DNA of 64,000 nt from Stegostoma tigrinum (lineage: Eukaryota): contig NC_081374.1 in NCBI RefSeq assembly GCF_030684315.1, positions 34,508,630 to 34,572,629 on the forward strand. The letters run 5' to 3'. Every line of letters starts with the position of its first letter. The first letter of the stretch is position 1. The notes under the pieces were generated by a model, which made no database searches, was not told where the DNA came from, and saw nothing but the letters and a program-made list of their open reading frames with translations. Made by a program: the position numbers and the translations under genes. Positions 13,191 through 22,900 of the stretch are shown here, piece after piece.

Positions 13191-14889
13191 TGTCAGAACC
13201 CACGTTAATCCTCTTTCTATTCTCCACTACTCATTTTCATTGACCAACAATCTTGGCATCTATTACACTGATCTACATGATTCACCACACATACAAATAT
13301 TTAAAAAGTGGAATAGAAATAGTCTGTTCATCCTATTCAGTTACGTTACAATACACAACACAACTTGTTATGTTTCTCCCCACTAGCAGCTATGTTATTT
13401 GCTGGGAAAGGCAAGCATGGTCAAAAAAAACCTTGATCAAAGAAGAGGAAAGTTGTTATCTTTCTTTGTGAAGAAGGTTAGGTGAAAGCATCAATTGCTG
13501 CAGCCTCTCTCTGAATTAATTAATTAATACTGAATTAAGATACAGATGAATCATGTCCTCTGGGAGAAAGATTACAAATCCTTTTAAGCAGAGGATCAAA
13601 TCTAATGCAAGACGTGGAACAGTAAGAAACTATTTTCCCACATTTTATTCTCTATGAGGAGCCTCAGCCATTGAGAATGCATGTCAAAACTTAGAACACA
13701 TGACTTGTTTCTCTTTAAATACTTCTATTTAGATTTTGACTGGAATAGCTTTGTGCAGTGATCCAGAGTGTACAAGTTTAGCATTTTATATGCAGAACTA
13801 AGGGTTAAATACACTTCTATTTGAAGGCTAATAAGGTAGCTACAATTTTATGTTCATCAATGTTCAGACTTGCAACAGCTCATTGGGTGTTCCTTTCAAG
13901 TGTCTGATAATTTTGCAGTTTTTTAGAAGAAACCAGATTTTTGAATTACTGGAGTTGGCTTTCTTTTGCAATTTATGTCATTGAAAGGATTCTGATAATC
14001 CAGCTATGTTCCAAAATGCAGCTCAAGTATACAACTGGAGGACATTGCATCATTGGTTTGGATTTTTATTCATCTGTGGGGTGAATCAAAATCCTCATAG
14101 GGTATCGAATGCCTCATAGGGAAAATGTTGGGTAGAGATTGAAAGACTGGGAGAATTACCTAATGGTGTGGATTTTCTCAAATTATGTAGGGTTTACTTA
14201 AACATGCACATTGTACTGAGCAGGTATTTTAAAATTCACTCACTACCTAGATCTGACAGCCCTCAACTCAATTTCAAAAGAGAATGAACAATGAGATTCA
14301 ATTGCTTTATTATTGTATTTAAACTACACCACACCTCCATGGAAGAGTTTGGTCACCTTGCCACCTTTAAAAATAGCAGTTGGTGTGATGAAAGAAGGCT
14401 GAGGCCAGGATTGATGCAACACTTGATCTTTTTGCCTGTACCTAACCAATTCATCGTTTAAGGTTAAAACATACCCTTATCTTCCCCAAAAGATTATTGC
14501 CATTCTATTTTATTTTATATCCATGTAGTGGTCCCTTGATATGAGGCTGACAATTCCTAATGGCAGGAACCTACATGTAAAATCTTTTAACATGAGGAGA
14601 TGGTTGCACTGCTGGTACATCACAGGGCTCAGCTTACCACAAAATTATCCTTCTCTTACTGCCTGTCGAGAGGATTTACAGATTGGCAATTAACCTGTTT
14701 GGTTATTTTACATCACATATTGTAAAGTCATCAAGTCCTGAGGTGAGACTTGGACCTGGGGAGTCTGATTCACAGTTAGGAACACCGGGTGGCAAGACTA
14801 CCTTTGCTGTTGGCTCATATTGCAGCAGGTAAACATGCTCCGTAATGGTTGCTAAGTCTGAAATTACATGGGAGAGTAAAAATAAATGG

Positions 14890-15170
14890 AATCTGTACTA
14901 TGTGAAAAAAATCCTGTTTGTAAATTAGAACAATTTTTTTATACAAAGGCTCCCATGTAATAAAATGTCCTAAGATGCTTCGCAGGAGAATTATACAATA
15001 AAATTGATAAAATTTAAATTTGCAAAATAAAATTTGATCCCAAACTACATAAAAAAAATTTGGGAAGATGATCAAAAGAGGCAGTTTTTATCAAATGTCT
15101 TAACTGTGATAGGAGGTGCAGATGCAAAGAGTTTTAAGAAGGAAATGCCAGAGCTTCATACCAGTGGTAA
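14890..15170 (-). mobile_element. Degenerate L2-like LINE 3' fragment
   Basis: aaatgtcctaagatgcttcgcagg...ggcagtttttatcaaatgtctt...ggaaatgccagagc resembles vertebrate L2 3' ends; low identity. Confidence 0.4.
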
Positions 15171-16659
15171 CTATAGAGTAGTATGAATTCCAGACGGACT
15201 AATTGAAGAGGAGTAATTAATGCCGCAATAATTAATACCTCAGTGTGTTTTCCATTTAGAAATATTTTGATAAATAGATTGCGCCTGAAAATAAACTGCG
15301 TGAATAATTAAATCATCACGGTCATTAATGCAAGACTGACTGTCTTCATCCTCTGGGAACTAAAATCATTCTTTTGTGGCATGTGGGGTATTCTGTAAGC
15401 AATTTTTTTTAGCCTGAATGTGGGGACTAAACACTGTGCTCACAACTAGAAAACCATATCGATTAGGAGAGTTACTAGCCATTGACTGCTGCTGAACTGA
15501 TCACAAAACAAAAAGCTTTGTTATCTTGGGATTAAAAACAAAGTCATTGATGATTCTAAGAATGGGCTTTTACAAAAAGTTTTTACCTCATTAATGAAAG
15601 GACACAGTTTTCTAAAGCTTGAATACAGGAGGCAACAATGGTGTTTTCACGGATATTTACATTTCTGCTTGGACAGTTTGTCCACTTTTAGAAGAAGCTA
15701 AGACTGTAACGAAGGGCTTGGTCGAGAATCAAGTTGCTGAGACGTGTTTGCTTGACATTACTATATTGAACAGACTGGGGTGATCATAAGGTCAGTTCCC
15801 ATCAGGTCCCGTGTGATATTTCCTGAAGGCAACTAGAAACCCAATACCTAAACAAGATTTACTAGAAATGCAATAGCTTTGAAAGATCTCCAATTTACAT
15901 TAGCACCTGCATTTATTTAGAATTTTTTAGAGTCAGAATGAGGTTTATTGTCAAGGTACAAAATACAGGAGTACAGTGAAATGTGTCCCATGTCGCCACA
16001 CATTGCCCGAGCTCAACGTTATTCCCAATCTGACGGGGCAGTCATTGTCCAGCGGCTGTAGATGTTGCTGTGCCGGATGACGGGAAGTAAACATTGTGGA
16101 GCAAGTGTCGCTGGAAGTATACATTTCTCACCACATCTTTGAGCAATGACCAGTCACCAAGCTGGTCTCGGAGCCCTTACAATTTAGCCCAGCTGGTAAA
16201 TTTGATCTTTAAACGTGAGCTCGAGCTGAGGTTCTTTCTTTTAGTTCTTAACATCATGAGCCAGTCAGGAGCTCTGTTGCCCATAGAGGGATCTCTCAGT
16301 GAATGAAAGTGCAGAAGGTATTGTCTCTTTGCCCCCAAATATTGGAGAAACTAAGAGACGGGAAAATACCTCCAAGTGCAGCAGGCGGGATTAGAAACAT
16401 TAACCTGACCCTGACAAGGAACTGAGTGGGACTAAGACATTCTCTGACCCTGTAACGTGCATGAACTAAACACTGGCCCTCTGTTAACTGATCGCTTCGG
16501 TCTGATGTTGGCGTCCCCTGGGGTGTTACGCATCGTATTAAAATGCCCAACGCAACCACTTTCAGCAGACAAGTCGTTTTAAAGGTTTCATTTTAACTAG
16601 CTTGCTGTGAAAGTGACTGTTGTCAGCCTGGGGAAGAAATGCCAACACACAGACACAAT

Positions 16660-16695
16660 CACACACACACACACACACTGCGAGAGAGAGAGAGA
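16660..16695. repeat. (CA)n/(GA)n microsatellite in the intron downstream of the receptor exon
   Basis: cacacacacacacacacactgcgagagagagagaga seen directly. Confidence 0.9.
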
Positions 16696-16988
16696 TGAAA
16701 ACAAGCCACAGTAAGGGAATAGCAAGACGGACGATGCTGTTTTCAGTACCTGCACTGCGTTGGTCTGAAAGAAGTTGCTCAAAAAGCCGCACTCATTTCT
16801 CCAAGCGCCCAAATACAGCTTCCACTCAGCCTGACTAATGTCCTTGCTTTAACACTGGCTGAAGGACATATCCCTTTACTGATGTTTCCAACCTGAAGCT
16901 GCACACAAGGAAAGCGCTCCCCTAGCTCGCACAAGGTGTGTATAAGGGGGAAGCCATGCTGCAAGGTTGGCGGGGTGGGAACATTTAC

Positions 16989-17350
16989 CTGGTTGGGATC
17001 CTGACCCGGAGGTAGCGGTCGATGGCGATGGCGAGAAGCGCAAGGATGGAGCTCTGGGTGAGAACCAGCACGGTACAGGAGAAGAGCAGGCAGCTGTAGA
17101 AGTGAGTGTGGAGCCCGATACTAATGGTGATGGCCAGGGGGATGACCAGGGAACCCACGGCGATATCAGCCAGCGCCAGCGAGACGATGAAGCTGAAGGT
17201 GGTGTCTCGAAGGGCACGGTTGATCCTGACCGCCCAGCAGACCAGCACATTGCCCAGCACCGAGGCTACAGCGATCAGCACCTCCACACCGATGTAGATA
17301 ACTAGGGAAGGGGTGATAGTGACTGCTTCACTCTCCCCGGGAGCAGGCAT
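16989..17350 (-). CDS. Adenosine receptor (A1/A3-type GPCR), first coding exon (N-terminus, TM1-TM3, DRY)
   Basis: Translation MPAPGE...[23 protein letters not shown]...[13 protein letters not shown]...HFYSCL...[25 protein letters not shown]. The exon ends at a phase-2 donor AG|GTAAAT (GT at 16988-16987), the conserved intron position just after DRY in adenosine receptor genes. ADORA1 vs ADORA3 is not resolved. Confidence 0.95.
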
Positions 17351-17390
17351 CCTGAATCCGCCCAGCTAGAGCTGTCCCGCCTGCACTCCC

Positions 17391-17420
17391 TCAGCCCCTT
17401 CCCTGGGAAGCTCTCTGCAT
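17391..17420 (-). promoter_or_regulatory. Candidate upstream ORF (MQRASQGRG*) ending 40 nt before the receptor ATG
   Basis: ATG CAG AGA GCT TCC CAG GGA AGG GGC TGA read on the minus strand; its inclusion in the mRNA is unverified. Confidence 0.45.
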
Positions 17421-18297
17421 TGGGCCAGCCGCTGGATTCTTTCCCTACCTCTTCACTGCCGCTTCTCTCCGGGAAGGCAGCTAGACGCTGCTCCTGCTTC
17501 ACTGCCGGCCAGCTGTGTGTCTCCGTCACCCAGTCTCCCCCAAAACTGCCGACCACCCCGCCCCCCCCCCCCCCCCCCACCCTCCTGGACGTTAGCAAAA
17601 GAAATGTCTCCCCTCTTTCAGCGCACCTTTCCAATTCCAGTGATCTATTCGGAGCTCAACCCAGTGTCTGCAAGCAGCAGCTCCCGTCCAAACGCACGGT
17701 GCTGCAGGTATTCAGCAAGGGTGGCCAGCATCTGTCTGGAAGGATAAAGCGCTAACCCACCAGGTCGATGACCTTTCCTTTAGAACTGCGTGTCCTTCCG
17801 AGCCCAGCTCAATCCTGGCTCTCCCTTTTCACAGCTTGTGTGTGTTTCTCTGCTGATGTGCTGCTCTGTCTGAGGGTGTGAGTTCCTGCCTTTGTAAGCC
17901 TCTGTGTGTTTGCTCTCCATGTGGTTTGTGAGTTCATTTTACAGGGGCCTGTGGTGGGGGGAGGGGGTGTGTGTAATTGGAGTGGGAGGCGGTGTCTGAA
18001 CAGGTTTGGTAAAGTTGCTGAGTGTATTTCTATCTGCCTGGAGTGTGTGTGTGTGTGGTTCTGTTTGCGAGTGCTTCACTTCTAATGCTCCCTATGTGCG
18101 TGTGTTTGTTTGGGCAGTGGGGGGGTGGGGGGGGGGAGAGGCTTCGCGTCTTTGGTTTCCCAGTGTCTCTGCGGTGATTTAAAGCGTACACTTCGCTCCC
18201 AGCAGCCAGATAAGGTACAGTGCCTGGGAGGAAAGGATCTGTCCGCTTCCAAATCACCGCATTCTTCAGAAGCAGCAACAATCTACAGCCTAGAATT

Positions 18298-18383
18298 TTT
18301 CTGAAGAAGGGTCCGGACCCGAAATGTCAGCTTCCCTGCTCCTCTGATGCTGCCTGACCTGCTGTGCTCATCCAGCTCACACT
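18298..18383 (+). mobile_element. PLE terminal fragment (family A variant) with hammerhead motif, no tail
   Basis: ttCTGAAGAagggtccggacccGAAAtGTCagcttccctgctcctctgatgctgcc...ccagctcacact. Confidence 0.75.
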
Positions 18384-18663
18384 TAGCCTAAAACCAGTCT
18401 GGATCGGGGCTCATGATCAGAAACGCACGTCCCACGTTGGATTAAGTAGGAATGTAAATTTAACAATGTACATGTGTTCGGCTGTGGTAAAGTTATACGG
18501 ACAGCTGAAATTTATTGTATTTGTAGCCAAATCTAAAAACCTGTTTCCACTGCCATTTATTTATTGATGGAAATGGATAGAGAATGCAACATTCTCTTTA
18601 CAAAAGTTAATCACTCTATAAATAAATGATTTATAGTTGGAAAGGATACAATAGAAACACTAG

Positions 18664-18696
18664 GATTCTCCAGCATCTGCAGTTCCTATTATCTCT
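18664..18696 (+). mobile_element. Solo PLE 3' tail flanked by a 14-bp imperfect TSD
   Basis: gattctccagcatctgcagttcctattatctct lies between AATAGAAACACTAG (18650-18663) and AATAGAGACACCAG (18697-18710). Confidence 0.75.
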
Positions 18697-19150
18697 AATA
18701 GAGACACCAGTCCTTGTTTCATTTCGACTCAAGAACTGGGACTGTACCATGGTTATATTAAAAAAGGAACATGAACCGCGTTGCTGCGTTAATTGTCAGT
18801 ATTTCGATCTAAGTCAATGATGGAGCCGCGACATGCAATAGGGTTTGAACGGCCGAGATTGATAATCCCTCAATCCATTAGTTACAAATCTTTTAATGTA
18901 AACCAGATGTCAAGGAACACGCAGCGAGACAGCAAAGAGAGAAAGAAAGTCCCCCAAGAATGAGCCACCTCATTCTAATTGTTCATTCATGCTTGGTGAC
19001 CTGAGAAAGAGGAATTTCTTATCAATGGCACGGCAATGCAGCAGAGGGAGCTATTCAGGGACTGAAAGCCGACCAACTGCACAACCAAGATAATAAAATG
19101 TGAGGCTGGATGAACACAGCAGGCCAAGCAGCATCTCAGGAGCATAAAAG

Positions 19151-19182
19151 CTGACGTTTCGGGCCTAGACCCTTCATCAGAG
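19151..19182 (-). ncRNA. Minimal type-I hammerhead ribozyme motif (intact core)
   Basis: Minus strand: cu-CUGAUGA-A-GGGucuaggCCC-GAAAC-GUC^ag. Helix III is reduced to the palindromic ACGU. Confidence 0.8.
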
Positions 19183-19708
19183 AGGGGGATGGGGGGAGGG
19201 AACTGGAATAAATAGGGAGAGAGGGGGAGGCGGACCGAAGATGGAGAGAAAAGAAGATAGGTGGGGAGGGTGTAGGTGGGGAGGTAGGGAGGGGATAGGT
19301 CAGTCCAGGGAAGACGGACAGGTCAAGGAGGTGGGATGAGGTTAGTAGGTAGCGGGGGGTGCGGCTTGGGGTGGGAGGAAGGGATGGGTGAGAGGAAGAA
19401 CCTGTTAGGGAGGCAGAGACAGGTTGGACTGGTTTTGGGATGCAGTGGGTGGGGGGGAAGAGCTGGGCTGGTTGTGTGGTGCAGTGGGGGGAGGGGATGA
19501 ACTGGGCTGGTTTAGGGATGCAGTAGGGGAAGGGGAGATTTTGAAACTGGTGAAGTCCACATTGATACCATATGGCTGCAGGGTTCCCAGGCGGAATATG
19601 AGTTGCTGTTCCTGCAACCTTCGGGTGGCATCATTGTGGCAGTGCAGGAGGCCCATGATGGACATGTCATCAAGAGAATGGGAGGGGGAGTGGAAATGGT
19701 TTGCGACT

Positions 19709-20731
19709 TGTGTCCATTTCAAGCCCACCGACTCCCACAGCTACCTAGAATACACCTCCTCCCACCCACCCTCCTGCAAAAATTCCATCCCCTATTCCCA
19801 ATTCCTCTGCCTCCGCCGCATCTGCTCCCACGATAAGACATTCCACTCCCGCACATCCCAGATGTCCAAGTTCTTTAAGGACCGCAACTTTCCCCCCACG
19901 GTGATCGAGAACGCCCTTGACCGCGCCTCCCGCATTTCCCGCGACACATCCCTCACACCCCGCCCCCGCCACAACCGCCCCAAGAGGATCCCCCTCGTTC
20001 TCACACACCACCCTACCAACCTCCGGATACAACGCATTATCCTCCGACACTTCCGCCATTTACAATCCGACCCCACCACCCAAGACATTTTTCCATCCCC
20101 TCCCCTGTCTGCTTTCCGGAGAGACCACTCTCTCCGTGACTCCCTTGTTCGCTCCACGCTGCCCTCCAACCCCACCACACCCGGCACCTTCCCCTGCAAC
20201 CGCAGGAAATGCTACACTTGTCCCCACACCTCCTCCCTCACCCCCATCCCAGGCCCCAAGATGACATTCCACATCAAGCAGAGGTTCACCTGCACATCTG
20301 CCAATGTGGTATACTTCATCCACTGTACCCGGTGTGGCTTCCTCTACATTGGGGAAACCAAGCGGAGGCTTGGGGACCGCTTTGCAGAACACCTCCGCTC
20401 AGTTCGTAACAAACAACTGCACCTCCCAGTCGCAAACCATTTCCACTCCCCCTCCCATTCTCTTGATGACATGTCCATCATGGGCCTCCTGCACTGCCAC
20501 AATGATGCCACCCGAAGGTTGCAGGAACAGCAACTCATATTCCGCCTGGGAACCCTGCAGCCATATGGTATCAATGTGGACTTCACCAGTTTCAAAATCT
20601 CCCCTTCCCCTACTGCATCCCTAAACCAGCCCAGTTCATCCCCTCCCCCCACTGCACCACACAACCAGCCCAGCTCTTCCCCCCCACCCACTGCATCCCA
20701 AAACCAGTCCAACCTGTCTCTGCCTCCCTAA
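19709..20731 (+). pseudogene. Truncated PLE ORF: RT C-terminal/thumb region, Cys linker and GIY-YIG endonuclease
   Basis: KPTDSHSYLEYTSSHP...IPYSQFLCLRRICS (PLE RT C-terminus), CNRRKCYTC (Cys linker), NVVYFIHCTRCGFLYIGETKRRLGDRFAEH (GIY-YIG with CxxC) and LGTLQPYGIN. The frame is open but the RT catalytic core is missing. Confidence 0.92.
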
Positions 20732-20953
20732 CCGGTTCTTCCTCTCACCCATCCCTTCCTCCCACCCCAAGCCGCACCCCCCGCTACCTACTAACCTCAT
20801 CCCACCTCCTTGACCTGTCCGTCTTCCCTGGACTGACCTATCCCCTCCCTACCTCCCCACCTACACACTCTCCACCTATCTTCTTTACTCTCCATCTTCG
20901 GTCCGCCTCCCCCTCTCTCCCTATTTATTCCAGTTCCCTCCCCCCATCCCCCT

Positions 20954-20985
20954 CTCTGATGAAGGGTCTAGGCCCGAAATGTCAG
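20954..20985 (+). ncRNA. Hammerhead motif with a C>T change in helix III (GAAAUGUC)
   Basis: ctCTGATGAagggtctaggcccGAAAtGTCag. Confidence 0.65.
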
Positions 20986-21092
20986 CTTTTGTGCTCCTGA
21001 GATGCTGCTTGGCCTGCTGTGTTCACCCAGCCTCACATTTTATTATCTTGGAATCTCCAGCATCTGCAGTTCCCATTATCTCTCAACTGCAC

Positions 21093-21520
21093 AACCAGCC
21101 CAGCTCTTCCCCTCCACCCACTGCATCCCAAAACCAGCCCAGCCTGTCTCTGCCTCCCTAACCGGTTCTTCCTCTCACCCATCCCTTCCTCCCACCTCAA
21201 GCCGCACCTCCATCTCCTACCTACTAACCTCATCCGACCTCCTTGACCTGTCTGTCTTCCCTGGACTGACCTATCCCCTCCCTACCTCCCCACCTATACT
21301 CTCTCCACCTATTTTCTTTACTCCCCATCTTCGGTCCGCCTCCCCCTCTCTCCCTATTTATTCCAGTTCCCTCTCCCCATCCCCGTCTCTGACGAAGGGT
21401 CTAGGCCCGAAACGTCAGCTTTTGTGCTCCTGAGATGCTGCTGGGCCTGCTGTGTTCATCCAGCCTCACATTTTATTATCTTGGATTCTCCAGCATCTGC
21501 TGTTCCCGTTATCACTGACA
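21093..21520 (+). mobile_element. Second, 5'-truncated PLE pseudo-LTR in tandem with the large copy
   Basis: Direct repeat of ~20663-21083 with several substitutions. CAACTGCAC recurs at 21521-21529, a candidate TSD of this earlier insertion. Confidence 0.88.
21387..21418 (+). ncRNA. Minimal type-I hammerhead ribozyme motif (intact core)
   Basis: ctCTGACGAagggtctaggcccGAAACGTCag. Confidence 0.8.
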
Positions 21521-21653
21521 CAACTGCACCATTCAGCTCCTTTGTAACTTCAGCGGATACACTAAGCGGAAAGAGAACACCGACAAAAAATGCTGAAAAA
21601 ACCCTGGCAGCGTCTGTGGAGAGAGAGCGAGAGAGAGAGGGATCAGGGATGCC

Positions 21654-21730
21654 AGAGACAATTGGAACTGCAGATGCTGGAGAATCTGGGATAACAAAGT
21701 GTGGAGCTGGATGAACACAGCCTAAGATGC
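21654..21730 (-). mobile_element. Short PLE 3'-end insertion with imperfect 13-bp TSD
   Basis: Tail plus part of the arm, between GATCAGGGATGCC (21641-21653) and GATCAGACATGCC (21731-21743). Confidence 0.7.
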
Positions 21731-22159
21731 GATCAGACATGCCGGTTTGATTTGTTATTGAGCTATGTAATCAGAAATATAATTGCACCATTTTCCTTCA
21801 GCCACTGAAACAGTACATGGGAACAGCCGGGCATTTATAGATATATGTTTCCTCATCTCAACACAAATCATCGTACAAAAAAAACAAGTTAGTAAGGCCA
21901 AAATGATCCGACCGCCTCTAAGTTTAAAAGCAGAAATAAATATGGCGCACATGACAGAATGAATCTACTTTATAGGCACTCTGGGACGTACAAGCCACTC
22001 TCGCATAATAAATTATCACAACTAACTTGGTGCAAATGAAGTGTAGAGATAACTCATTTTCGTATTTTGAATCTCTATTCTCTTCTTTACATTCTTCTCC
22101 TCATGGCTGCCTTCAAAAAGAGATAGTGTAAAATGATGGCAGTGAGTACAGTTTTGTCA

Positions 22160-22320
22160 TTTATGAAACATTTAGACAGGAACATAGATGGGATAAGTCT
22201 GTGGGCATATGAACCAAATGCAGGCAAATGGGACCAAGTTTAAATTGTGAAAAGTGAGTGACATGGGCAAGTTGGGCCAAAGGGCCTGTTTTTACGCTTG
22301 GAGCCCTCTGTGATAGCACT
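22160..22320 (+). mobile_element. CR1 3' UTR fragment
   Basis: catttagacagg...aaatgcaggcaaatgggac...gggccaaagggcctgttt. Confidence 0.6.
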
Positions 22321-22349
22321 AGATTTCTACAATTATTGTGTCCAACTCC

Positions 22350-22705
22350 TTTATTCATTAACTGGATGAGGATATTGCTGGCTATGTAGCATTTATTGTC
22401 CATCACTAGTTGCCCAGAGGGCAGTTCAGAGGCAAACACATTGCTATGGGTCTGGAGTCACATGTAGGCCAGACCAGGTAAGGATGGTAGTTTCCTTCCC
22501 TAAAGGACATTAGTGAACCAGATAGGTTTTTCCCGACAATTGGCAATGGATTCACAGTCATCATTAGACTCTTAATTCCAGATATTTTATTGAATTTAAA
22601 TTCCACCATCTGCCCTGGTGGGATTCAAACCCGAGTCCCTGGGATGTTATCCGGGTCTCTGGATTAACGGTCCAGTGATAATACCACTCGACCATTGCCT
22701 CCCCT
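22350..22705 (-). mobile_element. Near full-length tRNA-derived SINE (possibly MetaSINE-type)
   Basis: Minus strand has an A-box-like tggtcgagtggt and B-box-like ggtttgaatccc, a central tcctttagggaaggaaac...cctggtctggcctacatgtgactcc, and a LINE-shared tail. The superfamily name is from memory and uncertain. Confidence 0.8.
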
Positions 22706-22816
22706 TAAATCTGCATGATAGTGTGAGACTCACAGCGTTTTTAAAAATATCTCCACGGCTGCCGTATGCTCCCAAAGGCAGGGCCTGCACGCACACGCAT
22801 GGTGGTTCTGTATATA

Positions 22817-22900
22817 GATAACACAGTGTGGAGCTAGAGGAACACAGCAAGTCAGGCAGCATCAGAGAGGCAGGAAAGCTGACGTTTCAGGTATTTCTGA
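22817..22900 (-). mobile_element. Collapsed PLE remnant (partial tail-less arm) with ~13-bp TSD
   Basis: GGTTCTGTATATA (22804-22816) and GGTTCTGTATGTA (22901-22913) flank agataacacagtgtggagc...gctgacgtttcagg. Confidence 0.7.

Larger units (their letters stand above)
16000..18500. promoter_or_regulatory. GC/CpG-enriched island spanning the receptor exon and presumptive promoter
   Basis: Visibly higher GC and CpG density than the flanks, with G/C runs at 17555-17581, 17955-17968 and 18118-18137; not computed. Confidence 0.55.
19088..21083 (+). mobile_element. Young 5'-truncated Penelope-like element (Neptune-like) with inverted pseudo-LTR
   Basis: 19088-19708 is the reverse complement of 20428-21048 (621 bp, about 7 mismatches by eye). 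There is a 35-bp unpaired tail at 21049-21083. CAACTGCACAACCA is duplicated at 19074-19087 and 21084-21097. Confidence 0.93.

Noticed and set aside
16876-17305. Overlapping ORFs on both strands around the receptor exon
   Set aside because: These are shadow frames of a GC-rich coding exon with no recognisable motifs.
17302-17755. Pro/Gly-rich ORFs upstream of the receptor
   Set aside because: They arise from a poly-C/G tract, mostly with non-ATG starts; no protein family resemblance.
20605-20712. 39-bp tandem repeats as a CRISPR-like array
   Set aside because: These are contiguous repeats without unique spacers inside the PLE 3' region, in a eukaryotic context with no cas genes.
19424-20731. 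435-aa ORF as a novel complete protein
   Set aside because: The first ~95 codons are the antisense of the inverted arm, fused in frame by chance and starting at TTG. Only 19709-20731 is genuine PLE coding sequence, and it lacks the RT core.
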